A stretch of DNA of 64,000 bases from Bacilli bacterium (GCA_035647455.1 DASRNI010000028.1:202736-266735), one strand, 5' to 3'. Positions 9,510-19,578 are shown, counted from the stretch's first letter. A program made the numbers and translations. The notes: a model not told the origin generated them from the sequence alone.

Positions 9510-10436
9510 GTGGTTATGATTAAGAAAGAATTCATTATTACAGCGCAAGATGCTAATCAGCGGTTAGACAAATATTTAGCAAAAATTCTCAACGCCGCTC
9601 CGCGGAGTTTCATCTATAAACTAATTCGTAAAAATGATATTAAAGTTAATCATAAAAAAACGGCCGTAAATTACATTGTTCGTAACGGTGATATTGTTAC
9701 TGTTTTTTTAACTGAAGAACAAGAAGAAACATTTATTTCGGCGTATCACTTTGTATATATTCATGAAAAGCCCCTAATTATTTATGAAGATGAAAATATT
9801 ATCGTTCTTAATAAAGCACAGGGAATCCCTGTTCACCAAACAAATAAAATTAAAGAGCGAACATTAACAAATATTGTCTTATCCTATCTTTTTGATCAAG
9901 GTGATTTTGATCCGGAAAAACGCGGTTATATTCCAAGTCCAGTTGCCCGGATTGACCAAGAAACAACTGGTGTTGTTATTTTTGCGAAAAAACAAAGTGT
10001 ACACCAGCAGTTAGCAGCAGCCTTTCGGAGTGAAAAAGAAGTCATTCGCGAGTATCACTTACTAGTTTATGGTATATTAGTTAAGGATGAAGATGTAATC
10101 AACCTTTCTTTAAGAAAGAAAGTGAGCGTTGTTTATCCTGATAAGACCGGTTTACGGTCGCTAACAAAATACAAAGTACTACAAAGGTACAATAAAAAAA
10201 CACTAGTTGAAGCAACACTTATCACTGGACGTTCAAACCAAATCCGTGTACATTTTGCCGCGCTTGGTTATCCGCTTGTTGGTGATACAAAGTATGGTGT
10301 GGAAAACGACACAAACAGGTTAGCACTTAATGCATACAAATTAGTATTTACTAATTTAAAACCACCGCTTGCTTATTTAAACGGGAAAGAGTTCATTGCC
10401 AATAATGAATTTATAAATATAAACCTTGAGGAGTAG
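9510..10436 (+). CDS. rluD: RluA-family 23S rRNA pseudouridine synthase (RluD-type, with S4 domain)
   Basis: 308-aa ORF with an N-terminal S4-like region (RLDKYLAKIL), catalytic motif ARIDQETTGVVIFAKK and C-terminal GRSNQIRVHFAALGYPLVGDTKYG. Listed start is GTG; ATG at 9516 is also possible. Confidence 0.85.
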   Translation: MVMIKKEFIITAQDANQRLDKYLAKILNAAPRSFIYKLIRKNDIKVNHKKTAVNYIVRNGDIVTVFLTEEQEETFISAYHFVYIHEKPLIIYEDENIIVLNKAQGIPVHQTNKIKERTLTNIVLSYLFDQGDFDPEKRGYIPSPVARIDQETTGVVIFAKKQSVHQQLAAAFRSEKEVIREYHLLVYGILVKDEDVINLSLRKKVSVVYPDKTGLRSLTKYKVLQRYNKKTLVEATLITGRSNQIRVHFAALGYPLVGDTKYGVENDTNRLALNAYKLVFTNLKPPLAYLNGKEFIANNEFININLEE

Positions 10437-10439
10437 AAG

Positions 10440-12131
10440 ATGAGAGATATACAAAAACTATATGAAGCATGGCTTAGTCATGAAGAAATGCCAAAAGACT
10501 TAAAAAAAGAACTGAAGGCGATGAAAGGTAAAGCAATTGAAGACGCTTTTTTCCAAGATTTACAATTTGGTACCGCTGGAATGCGGGGCATTCTTGGTCC
10601 AGGCACGAACCGTATTAATATATTTACAATTCGCCGCGCTGCCCTTGCCTTTGGTAAATACTTAATCAAAGCATATCCTGATGCCCAAAAACGTGGCGTC
10701 GTAATTGCTTATGATAATCGTCATAAAAATACAGAGTTAATGATTGAAACTTCACGAACATTGCGTAGTATCGGTATTCGTACGTGTATTTTCGATGAAC
10801 TTAAGCCAACACCACTTTTAAGTTTTGCTGTTCGTCATCTTAATTGTATAGGTGGCGTGATGATTACTGCGTCGCACAATCCGAAAAATTATAACGGCTT
10901 CAAAGTTTACGATGATACTGGTTCACAATTAACACCAGAAAAAGTTGATTTAATTTTAAAAGAATTTAAAGAATTACCTGAACTTTTAGATATTAAAGTT
11001 ACGGCACCGACAAACGGTTATGCACTACTTAGTGATGACACTGAAGAAACTTACTTCAAAAATGTGCTTGATATTCAGATTAATCCAAATTTAGACCGTA
11101 AAGGTTATCGGATTGTATTCTCCCCGCAGCACGGTGCTGGTGCAAAGCTTGGTATGCGTGCACTTAATGTCATTGGTTACGATGTCATTAAAGTACTCGA
11201 CCAAATGGAGCCTAATCCAAACTTCCCAAACACGAAAAGTCCGAATCCTGAAGATAAAGCTGCCTACATTGAAGCAATTAAAAATGCCCGTGCTCATGGT
11301 GCCCACCTTATTATTACGACTGACCCGGATGCTGATCGTCTTGGTTTAGCGTATCGCAATAAAAAAGGTAGCTTTTCTTATTTAACTGGTAATGAAGGCG
11401 GGGCCCTTCTAATTGATTATATTTTGAAACATAAAAAAGAACGCGGTGAACTACATCAAGATAGTTATTTATATACAACAATTGTTACAAGTACACTTGG
11501 TTCAAAAATCGCCGAAAGCTACGGTGTAAATGTTAAAGAGTTTTTAACCGGTTTTAAATTTATCGGAACACAAATCGCACTTGATGATTTAAATAAAGTA
11601 GACCGTTTTGTTTTTGGTTATGAAGAAAGTTATGGCTGTTTAGTCGCGCCATTTGTTCGTGATAAAGATGCTATCCAAGCGCTTGTCCTTTATAGTGAGA
11701 TGGCGTTATATCATCATTTAGCCGGTAAAACACTTGATGTTGTGCTTGAAGAACTTGCCGTAAAACACGGCTACCATCATGATGTTACAAAGTCTTACGA
11801 ATTTATTGGGGCCGCTGGGCAAGCAAAGTTACAAGCGATATTATCAAACTTGCGGAATAATGCCCCAACATCACTCGGCGGCTTGAAAGTCGTGCAGTAT
11901 GATGACTATTTAGTTAGTAAACGTTATATTAATGGTAAGGAAGAAGAGTTAACACTACCTGAAAGCGATGTATTGCGCTTTTATTTAGAAGGTGGCTCAA
12001 CAGTTTCAATTCGCCCAAGTGGTACTGAACCAAAATGTAAAATTTATTACGGTATCATCAGCGAAAACAAAAAAAGTGCCGAAGCACTCCTTAAACCAAT
12101 CGATGAACAATTAGCGAAACTATTTACGTAA
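10440..12131 (+). CDS. pgcA: Phosphoglucomutase/phosphomannomutase family protein (PgcA-like)
   Basis: 563-aa ORF with FGTAGMRG, active-site loop TASHNPKNYNGFKVY, metal loop TDPDADR and C-terminal RPSGTEPK. Confidence 0.85.
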   Translation: MRDIQKLYEAWLSHEEMPKDLKKELKAMKGKAIEDAFFQDLQFGTAGMRGILGPGTNRINIFTIRRAALAFGKYLIKAYPDAQKRGVVIAYDNRHKNTELMIETSRTLRSIGIRTCIFDELKPTPLLSFAVRHLNCIGGVMITASHNPKNYNGFKVYDDTGSQLTPEKVDLILKEFKELPELLDIKVTAPTNGYALLSDDTEETYFKNVLDIQINPNLDRKGYRIVFSPQHGAGAKLGMRALNVIGYDVIKVLDQMEPNPNFPNTKSPNPEDKAAYIEAIKNARAHGAHLIITTDPDADRLGLAYRNKKGSFSYLTGNEGGALLIDYILKHKKERGELHQDSYLYTTIVTSTLGSKIAESYGVNVKEFLTGFKFIGTQIALDDLNKVDRFVFGYEESYGCLVAPFVRDKDAIQALVLYSEMALYHHLAGKTLDVVLEELAVKHGYHHDVTKSYEFIGAAGQAKLQAILSNLRNNAPTSLGGLKVVQYDDYLVSKRYINGKEEELTLPESDVLRFYLEGGSTVSIRPSGTEPKCKIYYGIISENKKSAEALLKPIDEQLAKLFT

Positions 12132-12932
12132 TATTTTCTTAATTGGAGCGATTAACCCATCATTATTGTTGTCTTTTCGCGTAATAACACTTGCAATGGA
12201 GCGTAATTCACGCGCTCCATTTTTCATTAAGATGCTGTGTCCGGCCCATTTTAACATTTCCGTATCATTAAAATAATCACCACAAGCAATAACGTTTTCG
12301 CGCTTAATCCCAAGCAAATTAGCCGCATGCTCAACACCATCTTTTTTTGTACCATGGTCTTGATAAAGTTCAGCGTATGGTAAAGTACCCCAAAAGCGAA
12401 TTTTGTAGTCAGAGTTTTTCTTCACTACTTCCTGAACAAGTTTCCGTGTTTTCGCGTCAATCCGTTTAAAGAGAAAAATCAAAGTGAGTGGATCTTCATT
12501 AATATTTAAAAATGGGTCGCCATAAACGATGTTCCCGCGATCATTCCAAAAGAAAGTATTTAGTTCATCATCTTCATAAAGTAAATAAACCGTATTTTCT
12601 GTTTCAATCATTAAATTTTCAAAGATTTCATAACCAAGTTCAGCAACAATTGCTTGTAAAACGTTTCGATCAAATGTAATCGCATGTGTCAGAAAGTCTT
12701 CTTCATGGGGATTGCTAATTAAAACACCGTTATGTGTAACGAGTGGCGCTTTTACATCAAGTTGCTTTTGAAATTCAAAAGCTGCACGTAAAGGCCGGCC
12801 TGTTGCAATGACAATATGGTGACCTTCTTTATCGAGTTTATTAAAAAAAGCGCGCGTTTTCGGGGTGATTGTTTTTTCATCCGTTAAAAGCGTGCCATCT
12901 AAGTCAAGGGCAATTAAATATTTTTGTTTCAT
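12120..12932 (-). CDS. Cof-type HAD-IIB family hydrolase
   Basis: 270-aa ORF with motif I LDLDGTLL, ATGRP and motif IV GDYFNDTEML. Its 3' end overlaps convergent pgcA by 12 nt. Confidence 0.8.
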   Translation of the reverse strand: MKQKYLIALDLDGTLLTDEKTITPKTRAFFNKLDKEGHHIVIATGRPLRAAFEFQKQLDVKAPLVTHNGVLISNPHEEDFLTHAITFDRNVLQAIVAELGYEIFENLMIETENTVYLLYEDDELNTFFWNDRGNIVYGDPFLNINEDPLTLIFLFKRIDAKTRKLVQEVVKKNSDYKIRFWGTLPYAELYQDHGTKKDGVEHAANLLGIKRENVIACGDYFNDTEMLKWAGHSILMKNGARELRSIASVITRKDNNNDGLIAPIKKILRK

Positions 12933-13906
12933 TTTAAGCCAACCGCCTTTTTAACTCTCTCTAAAGTAATGGCGGCGACTTGTGTAGCCTTTTTAGCTCC
13001 TTCTTGCAGTACTTTATCAACAAGATCAGAATTTAATAATTCATTAACACGAGCTTGGAATGGTTCAAGTTCGGCAATAACGACATCAGCGACCGCCTTT
13101 TTAAAGTCACCGTACCGTGAAGATTTAAAAGTTTCTTCAGCAGCGGCAATTGTAATGTTACTAAGCGCGGCATAAATCGTTAATAAGTTAGTAATGCCAG
13201 GTTTATTATCTTTATCAGCATAAACTTTATCCCCGGAATCAGTAACTGCACTCATAATTTTCTTCCGCATTGCAGCGGGTGAATCAGTTAAATAAATTTC
13301 GCCTTTACCGCTTTCGCTTTTGCTCATTTTTTTAGTTGGTTCACTAAGGGACATAATTCGCTGGCCAACTTTCGCAATAACAGGGGTAGGAACCGTTAAA
13401 ACATCACCATAACGATTATTAAAACGAATCGCTAAGTCGCGCGTTATTTCAATATGTTGCTTTTGGTCGTCACCAACCGGAATTTTCTTCGCGTCATAAA
13501 GTAAAATATCGCTCGCCATTAAAACGGGATACGTAAAAAGGCCCAGCCCAATTGCGTTATGATCTTGATTTGCCGCCTGGTCTTTAAACTGGGTCATTCG
13601 GTTTAGTTCACCAAGGTATAAATAGTTTTGTAAAATTGCATTAAGTTCGGCATGCGCACTAACATCACTTTGTTTAAAAATCGTTACTTTGTCCGGGTTT
13701 AAGCCGGCTGCTAAGTAAAACGCAGTGATAAGTTTTGTGTTGTTACGTAATTCTTCAGGATCAATTGGCAACGTTAAAGCATGTAAATCAGCAATAAAAA
13801 TAAACATTTCATTTTCGGCTTGAAAAGACTCGAAATTACGGAGCGCGCCGATATAATTACCGAGTGTTAACGTGCCTGTTGGTTTGATTCCACTTACTAT
13901 TCGCAT
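12929..13906 (-). CDS. trpS: Tryptophan--tRNA ligase
   Basis: 325-aa ORF with class I motifs (SGIKPTGTLTLGNYIGAL as the HIGH-equivalent, and KMSKS). Overlaps the downstream HAD gene by 4 nt. Confidence 0.93.
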   Translation of the reverse strand: MRIVSGIKPTGTLTLGNYIGALRNFESFQAENEMFIFIADLHALTLPIDPEELRNNTKLITAFYLAAGLNPDKVTIFKQSDVSAHAELNAILQNYLYLGELNRMTQFKDQAANQDHNAIGLGLFTYPVLMASDILLYDAKKIPVGDDQKQHIEITRDLAIRFNNRYGDVLTVPTPVIAKVGQRIMSLSEPTKKMSKSESGKGEIYLTDSPAAMRKKIMSAVTDSGDKVYADKDNKPGITNLLTIYAALSNITIAAAEETFKSSRYGDFKKAVADVVIAELEPFQARVNELLNSDLVDKVLQEGAKKATQVAAITLERVKKAVGLK

Positions 13907-14066
13907 TTTGATTACCTTTGTAGATTATAAATAAAAAGCGGCGTTTAGTCAATGTAACTGAAGGTAATCGTTAATATTCGCACTTTTAATCGGCAAAAAA
14001 CGAAATTTTGGTATTGATATCTTGTTTTAGATGCGATAAGATAGTTAACGGAACAAGGAGGTTAAG

Positions 14067-14504
14067 ATGATTAAGATATACACATCACCAAGTTGTTCAT
14101 CTTGTCGAAAAGTAAAACAATGGTTTGATGAACAACAAATACCATATGAAGAACATAATATATTCGCTTCAACGTTAGGTGAAGACGAATTGAAAGAAAT
14201 ATTATTCAAATCAGAAAACGGCACGGAAGATATTATTTCAACGCGGAGTAAAGTTATAAAGGAAAAGAATATCGATATTAATAGCTTAACGATGAATGAA
14301 GTAGTCGCGTTTATTCGGGAAAATCCATCCGTACTTAAGCGGCCAATTATGGTTGATACAAATCGGATTCAAGTTGGTTACAACTCTGAAGAAATAATGA
14401 CGTTTATTCCTCGTGAACGCCGTAATCTAATGGATGATATGTTTATGGAAAAGCCGCGTCGTGCTAAACGTGAAGTTTGTGAAGGCGACGATTGCGATAT
14501 TTAA
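14067..14504 (+). CDS. spx: Spx/ArsC-family redox-sensing transcriptional regulator
   Basis: 145-aa ORF beginning MIKIYTSPSCSSCRKVKQWF (CxxC at positions 10-13), with typical RPIMVD and a charged C-terminal tail. Strong RBS AAGGAGG upstream. Confidence 0.88.
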   Translation: MIKIYTSPSCSSCRKVKQWFDEQQIPYEEHNIFASTLGEDELKEILFKSENGTEDIISTRSKVIKEKNIDINSLTMNEVVAFIRENPSVLKRPIMVDTNRIQVGYNSEEIMTFIPRERRNLMDDMFMEKPRRAKREVCEGDDCDI

Positions 14505-14519
14505 CGTAAAGTTAATTAA

Positions 14520-15095
14520 TTAAGACTTAAGAGCCTTAAAGGCTCTTTTTTGTTTGCTTTCAAAGTTCTCAACAAAGGGAAAACCGATTTCTTCGCAGAT
14601 TTTTGCAAGTGTTTCCCGGGCTTGGCGTAATGAAGTTGCTTCCATTTCAAGTTCAAAATCTTGTTTGTCACTATAACGGTTTTCGTCAATTGCGAGTTTA
14701 TGTTCACCGTAATTAACTTCAATCCGGAGCGTTGATAAACTAGCAAGAATCTCGAGTTTTTCAATTTTGACGTATAAGCTATCAAGAAAATCGTAAATAG
14801 AGCCAGTTGGGAAGACATTTTCTTTTCTCAGCGCTAAAAATTGTTCTTTCGTTAGTATTTGCGTTTTCTCAAGTAAACCTTCAGCCATTGGCAGCTTAAG
14901 CGTCATTAAGTAACCGTTAAGTTTGCGGATTCTTAAACTTAAGCCAAGGTTGCGTAGTGCTAAATCATTTGTATCGATATAGTAGTTTTTTTGAATAAAT
15001 CCGTCAGAGACGTCAAGATCAAAATGTCGTAATGTTTGTTGGTATTGGGGGTATGATAATAAAGTTTTTACTTCAATCTCTAAATTTGTGGCCAT
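14520..15095 (-). CDS. CYTH-domain protein (YjbK-like triphosphate tunnel metalloenzyme)
   Basis: 191-aa ORF starting MATNLEIEVKTLL (ExExK signature). Divergent from nadK, as yjbK is near ppnK in Bacillus. Confidence 0.75.
   Translation of the reverse strand: MATNLEIEVKTLLSYPQYQQTLRHFDLDVSDGFIQKNYYIDTNDLALRNLGLSLRIRKLNGYLMTLKLPMAEGLLEKTQILTKEQFLALRKENVFPTGSIYDFLDSLYVKIEKLEILASLSTLRIEVNYGEHKLAIDENRYSDKQDFELEMEATSLRQARETLAKICEEIGFPFVENFESKQKRAFKALKS
14529..14551 (+). terminator. spx terminator embedded in the 3' end of the convergent CYTH gene
   Basis: Hairpin AAGAGCC-TTAA-AGGCTCTT followed by TTTT, 25 nt after the spx stop. Confidence 0.6.
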
Positions 15096-15149
15096 AAAGC
15101 TATCTCCTTATACGAATATGATACAATAATATTAGTCTTTTATAAAGTT

Positions 15150-15941
15150 ATGAGTATGAAATTTAACATTGTAATTCGGAATGACAAACAAAGTGAAAAC
15201 GTAAGCAAAGAGCTTAACGACTTACTTTTACATAACAGTTTTACACGTGATGAAGTTAACCCGGACTTTGTCTTTTGTGTTGGTGGTGACGGAACTTTTT
15301 TAAAAGCCGTTCATCTTTATAAAACGAAACTTAAGCGGATTAGTTTTATCGGCATTCATACCGGATCACTTGGTTACTTTGCTGATTTTGGTCGTGAGCA
15401 TTTAAACGAATTAATTAGTGATATCATCGAACAAAACATTATCACTCGGAAGTACCGGCTCGTTGAAGCGCACGTAACCCAAGCAGAAAGAACGCGTAAA
15501 TTTTACGCAGTTAACGAAGTTAAAGTTGAAAATGTTCATCACACACTAGTGCTAGATGTTTATTTAAATGGCCGTCTTTTAGAAAATTATCGTGGTAACG
15601 GTGTACTTGTTTGTAGCCAACTCGGCAGTACTGGTTACAATAAAAGCATTGGCGGCAGTTTAATTAGACGCAATTTAGAACTATTACAATACACAAAAAT
15701 TGCCCCAATTAGCAATAGTGTTTACCGCCCCTTAATTAATTCGCTGATTTTAAGCGATAAGGATGAACTTGTTTTTAAAGGTCATAACGCGTTTACTTAT
15801 TTTGGTTACGATAGTCTTACAAAAAAGCTAAAAGATGTCCCTTTCGCAATTAGTGTAAAACTAAGTAAGAAAAAAGTAACAATTGTCCATAGTAAAAAAC
15901 GCCATTACACAAATATAATTCGCGAGGCATTTTTAAAGTAA
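15150..15941 (+). CDS. nadK: NAD kinase
   Basis: 263-aa ORF with GGDGTFL, NEV and the C-terminal glycine-rich STGYNKSIGGS motif. Confidence 0.9.
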   Translation: MSMKFNIVIRNDKQSENVSKELNDLLLHNSFTRDEVNPDFVFCVGGDGTFLKAVHLYKTKLKRISFIGIHTGSLGYFADFGREHLNELISDIIEQNIITRKYRLVEAHVTQAERTRKFYAVNEVKVENVHHTLVLDVYLNGRLLENYRGNGVLVCSQLGSTGYNKSIGGSLIRRNLELLQYTKIAPISNSVYRPLINSLILSDKDELVFKGHNAFTYFGYDSLTKKLKDVPFAISVKLSKKKVTIVHSKKRHYTNIIREAFLK

Positions 15942-15944
15942 ATT

Positions 15945-16304
15945 ATGACATTTAGTGAATTTTTAGAACAATACGCATTATTAATTTCCGCGCTCGTTGC
16001 AGCGGTAATTTTAGTTCTTATTATTTTATTCTTAGTTTTACCGAAACTCAGTAAAAAAACTCGAGAAGTAGAAGTGCTCACGGAAGACGAAAATGCGGTA
16101 ATTATCAACGCTCTTGGTGGCAGTGAAAACATTATTGAAATATCAAGTCAAGGTTCACGCGTAACGGTGACGCTTAAAGATCAAACAAAGTTTGATGAAG
16201 AAACTTTAAAAAAGCACGGCGTTAGCCGTACTATTATTATGGAAGAAAAAATTATTTTACTCGTTTCCGAAACACTAGCGACTAATTTAAATAAACTTCG
16301 CTAA
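15945..16304 (+). CDS. Membrane-anchored PTS EIIB-like domain protein lacking the active-site Cys
   Basis: 119-aa ORF with an N-terminal TM helix. An EIIB(Glc)-like fold follows (INALGGSENIIEISSQGSRVTVTLKD), where canonical EIIB has ...C(I/A)TRLR.... Confidence 0.55.
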   Translation: MTFSEFLEQYALLISALVAAVILVLIILFLVLPKLSKKTREVEVLTEDENAVIINALGGSENIIEISSQGSRVTVTLKDQTKFDEETLKKHGVSRTIIMEEKIILLVSETLATNLNKLR

Positions 16305-16823
16305 GTCTTCAACGGGTAATCCCATCACATTAAAATAGCTACCATTAATTTTCTTGACAAGATTAAACTCTTCGTCTTGGATACCGTAAGCTCCCGCTTT
16401 ATCAAAAGGGGAGCCGCTCTTTATATATGCATCAATCACTGCATCAGTTAACTCATTAAAATAAACTTCAGTGACGACATTACGATTAACTTCGCGGCGT
16501 GGGCCAATTAATGTATAACCACTAATAACATGGTGCTTTTTACCACTTAATTGACGGAGCATTTTTTTTGCATCTGCTGCATCCTTTGGTTTGCCGAGTA
16601 GTTCACCATCAACAACAACGATTGTATCGCATGCTAAAACGGTTGCGTCCGGATAGTTTTGAAAGATGGCATACGCTTTAAATTTGCTCGTGATCTTTGC
16701 CGTATCACTTGGAATACTTGTTGAAATTTCTTCATCAATATCAGGAACAATAATTGTAAATTCCGGGACGAGTTTTTTAAGTAACTCATGACGACGGGGT
16801 GATTTTGACGCTAAAATAAACAT
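16287..16823 (-). CDS. maf: Maf-family nucleoside triphosphate pyrophosphatase
   Basis: 178-aa ORF starting MFILASKSPRRHELL, with later DKAGAYGIQ. Confidence 0.9.
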   Translation of the reverse strand: MFILASKSPRRHELLKKLVPEFTIIVPDIDEEISTSIPSDTAKITSKFKAYAIFQNYPDATVLACDTIVVVDGELLGKPKDAADAKKMLRQLSGKKHHVISGYTLIGPRREVNRNVVTEVYFNELTDAVIDAYIKSGSPFDKAGAYGIQDEEFNLVKKINGSYFNVMGLPVEDLAKFI

Positions 16824-18514
16824 TATTCGTTCCGATCCATAATTACGGGAATAACCATCGGTTTACGGCCGGTTTTGCTTAAAAAGAGTGGTTCCAACTC
16901 ATCTTTAACAACTCGTTTGATTTCTCCAAATGTTGTTGTTTTACTCGCAAATAGCGTGTTTAATACGGTGTTTATATGTTTTTCTGCACTTGGTAGTAAG
17001 TTTGAAACGTTATAACTAATAAAGCCACGCGAATAAAGTTCAATTGGTCCGAGTAAGCGATTGTTTTTCGCATCAACACTAATTAAAACACTAACCATTC
17101 CATCGTTATTTAATTGACGACGGTCATCGAGTACTGACTTCGACATCCCCGCGCTGCTGTTACCATCTAAATAAACATCTTCAACAGGAATTCTTTTTCC
17201 GCGTGTTACTTTACCATTGCGGAGTTCTAAAACATCACCATTTTGAAGTACGAATGAATTTTCTAATGGGACACCGACCTTTTCGGCAAGGTCAGCATGT
17301 AATTTAAGCATTCTAAATTCGCCATGCATCGGCATGAAATATTTTGGACGAACAAGCCGGAGCATAAGCTTTAATTCTTCTTGCGAAGGGTGGCCGGAGC
17401 TATGAATATTGCGTAAAATTGAGTTCGTTAACACTGTCGCACCTAAGCGAGTTAGCTGGTTCACGATTTTATCAATGCCGACACTATTACCAGGAATTGG
17501 TGAACTAGAGAACACAACTGTATCGCCAGGAATAATACTAATATCTTTATGTGAACCATCGGCGATCCGTGATAACGCAGCGAGTGGTTCGCCTTGTGAA
17601 CCAGTACAAATAATCACTAATTCACTCGGTTTATAAAGACCAACTTTATTTGTTTCAACGATTGAAGCGTCGGCAATTTTAATATGGCCGAGTTCACGAG
17701 AAGCGCGAATTGCGCGCTCCATTGAACTACCAACAATTACTACTTTACGTTTAAAGTTTACTGTTGCCTCAACAACTTGTTGAATGCGGCTAATGTTACT
17801 CGAAAATGTAGACACGATTAAGCGGCCGCTTGCATTAGCGAAAATTTCATTAATTGCGGTAATAACTGTTCTTTCACTAGGTGTATAGCCAGGTTGTTCA
17901 GCATTTGTCGAGTCACTTAAAAATAAATCAACACCTTTGTTGCCAAGTTCGGCAATTTTGCCTAGCTCCATATGGCGACCAATCGGCGTGAAGTCAACTT
18001 TAAAGTCTCCTGTACTAACGATGCGGCCATGCGGTGTTTCAACTGCGTAACCATAACAATCAGGAATACTATGGGTGACTGCAAAAAATGTAATTTGCAT
18101 TTTATCAATATTAATCACCGTGTCGCTGTCGTATTCAACGATATTAACCGGTGTTTTAATCCGCATTAATTGAAGTTTATAACGAATGAGTTGCGCGGCA
18201 AGTGGCGGCGCGTAAATAATCGGAATGTGCACACTTTGAATTAAGAAAGGGATCGCTCCGATATGGTCTTCGTGACCATGGGTAATGACTAGGGCTTTAA
18301 TTTTTCGTGAATTCGTCACAAGATGACTAAAATCCGGGATTACATAATCGATTCCGGGTAATCCTTGTTCAGGAAAAAGAACACCAGCATCGAAGATGAC
18401 TAAGCTCTTTTCATCTTCAATAACATACATATTTTTACCGACTTCACCGAGCCCACCTAAAGCATAAACGGAAACCGGCATTGAAAACTTCGAAGTTTCA
18501 TTCATAATGTTCAC
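16823..18514 (-). CDS. rnj: Ribonuclease J
   Basis: 563-aa ORF with a metallo-beta-lactamase / beta-CASP layout. Motifs: ITHGHEDHIGAIPF, SDSTNAE, HSSGH and MPMHGE. Confidence 0.93.
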   Translation of the reverse strand: MNIMNETSKFSMPVSVYALGGLGEVGKNMYVIEDEKSLVIFDAGVLFPEQGLPGIDYVIPDFSHLVTNSRKIKALVITHGHEDHIGAIPFLIQSVHIPIIYAPPLAAQLIRYKLQLMRIKTPVNIVEYDSDTVINIDKMQITFFAVTHSIPDCYGYAVETPHGRIVSTGDFKVDFTPIGRHMELGKIAELGNKGVDLFLSDSTNAEQPGYTPSERTVITAINEIFANASGRLIVSTFSSNISRIQQVVEATVNFKRKVVIVGSSMERAIRASRELGHIKIADASIVETNKVGLYKPSELVIICTGSQGEPLAALSRIADGSHKDISIIPGDTVVFSSSPIPGNSVGIDKIVNQLTRLGATVLTNSILRNIHSSGHPSQEELKLMLRLVRPKYFMPMHGEFRMLKLHADLAEKVGVPLENSFVLQNGDVLELRNGKVTRGKRIPVEDVYLDGNSSAGMSKSVLDDRRQLNNDGMVSVLISVDAKNNRLLGPIELYSRGFISYNVSNLLPSAEKHINTVLNTLFASKTTTFGEIKRVVKDELEPLFLSKTGRKPMVIPVIMDRNE

Positions 18515-18593
18515 CTCAATTATAAATTATTTTGACAACGTTATTTATATTTTAAAGGAAAATATACTCTTTGTAAACGCAAAACGTTAATAG

Positions 18594-19133
18594 TTACAAA
18601 ATATCCGCTTCCGGATACTTAATTTCATTATTGTCATCAATTCGATCATAAAACATAATTCCGTTTAAATGATCGATTTCATGTTGTAAAACAATTGCTT
18701 CAAGCCCATCGGCAATAATTTCCACGTTCTTTTTTTGCAGCACATCATACCCGCTAACAGTAACTTCAGCGTGACGGTACACATGACCTTCAATATATTC
18801 ATCGACGGAAAGACAGCCTTCGCCTGCTTTTAAATACGCCCGCTTCACTGAAGCGCGCTTAATTTGCGGATTAATTAAGACATGTGTCTTCGTTTCTTCA
18901 TCAGTAAGTGGAAGATGAATGACGACAATCCGTTTACTTTCGCCAACTTGCGGTGCTGCAAGACCAACACCAGAACGGATATTATGCTCTTCAGCGTATT
19001 CAGCATCTTGACTCTTAACGATGTATTCAAGCATTTTTAAAGCAAGCTTTTCATCTTGTTCAGCAAGCGGAAAACTAACGGCTTCCGCCCGTGCTCGTAA
19101 AATTGGATGTGGATCTTTAACTATTTCTAACAT
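18594..19133 (-). CDS. def: Peptide deformylase
   Basis: 179-aa ORF with GVGLAAPQVG, EGCLS and HEIDHLNG. Confidence 0.93.
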   Translation of the reverse strand: MLEIVKDPHPILRARAEAVSFPLAEQDEKLALKMLEYIVKSQDAEYAEEHNIRSGVGLAAPQVGESKRIVVIHLPLTDEETKTHVLINPQIKRASVKRAYLKAGEGCLSVDEYIEGHVYRHAEVTVSGYDVLQKKNVEIIADGLEAIVLQHEIDHLNGIMFYDRIDDNNEIKYPEADIL

Positions 19134-19212
19134 ATTTGCTTTGTTATTCTACCATAACTAAGAAAAAAGTGCCGTATTTAAATATAAAATTTATATTTAG
19201 TATAATAAAGCT

Positions 19213-19578
19213 ATGGATGAAAAAATAATTAAGTATGCGTATCGTTTAAAAAAAGTGCTCGATGAGCATGAAGAAGTTATTAAACTTAATGAAATTGAAG
19301 TTTTACTTAATGAAAACGCCGAAGTAAAAGCACTGCAAAGTGCAGTTTTAGATGCACTTGAAAAGTTAAGCGAAGCAAACGAATATAGTTACCTTGTCGC
19401 GGAACAAAAAGCAGCAAGAAAAGTATTACATTTAGCAAAGCTAAAGCGTGATGAAAACCCGTTAATTCAAAAGTATTTAAAGCAGTACCAAAAAGTTAAA
19501 AAACTTTACGATCAAATTAATCAAGAAATCTTTGATCCGTTTTGTGAAAGTGACGGTGTAACGTGTCGCGTCAAATAA
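19213..19578 (+). CDS. YlbF/YmcA-family protein
   Basis: 121-aa helical ORF with C-terminal Cys residues (DPFCESDGVTC). Lies directly upstream of rsmD-coaD, matching the Bacillus ylbF-ylbH-coaD neighbourhood. Confidence 0.5.
   Translation: MDEKIIKYAYRLKKVLDEHEEVIKLNEIEVLLNENAEVKALQSAVLDALEKLSEANEYSYLVAEQKAARKVLHLAKLKRDENPLIQKYLKQYQKVKKLYDQINQEIFDPFCESDGVTCRVK

Noticed and set aside
12924-13175. 83-aa plus-strand ORF antisense to the 3' end of trpS
   Set aside because: It is nested within trpS and has no RBS or recognisable domain.
13907-14066. Possible T-box leader upstream of trpS (minus strand)
   Set aside because: Only about 160 nt are available, and they are shared with the divergent spx promoter. 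I could not find the conserved T-box sequence (AGGGTGGTACCGCG-like) or a terminator/antiterminator pair on the minus strand.
14516-14818. 100-aa minus-strand ORF overlapping the CYTH gene in another frame
   Set aside because: The 191-aa frame carries the ExExK CYTH signature and a proper start. The alternative frame is a shadow ORF.
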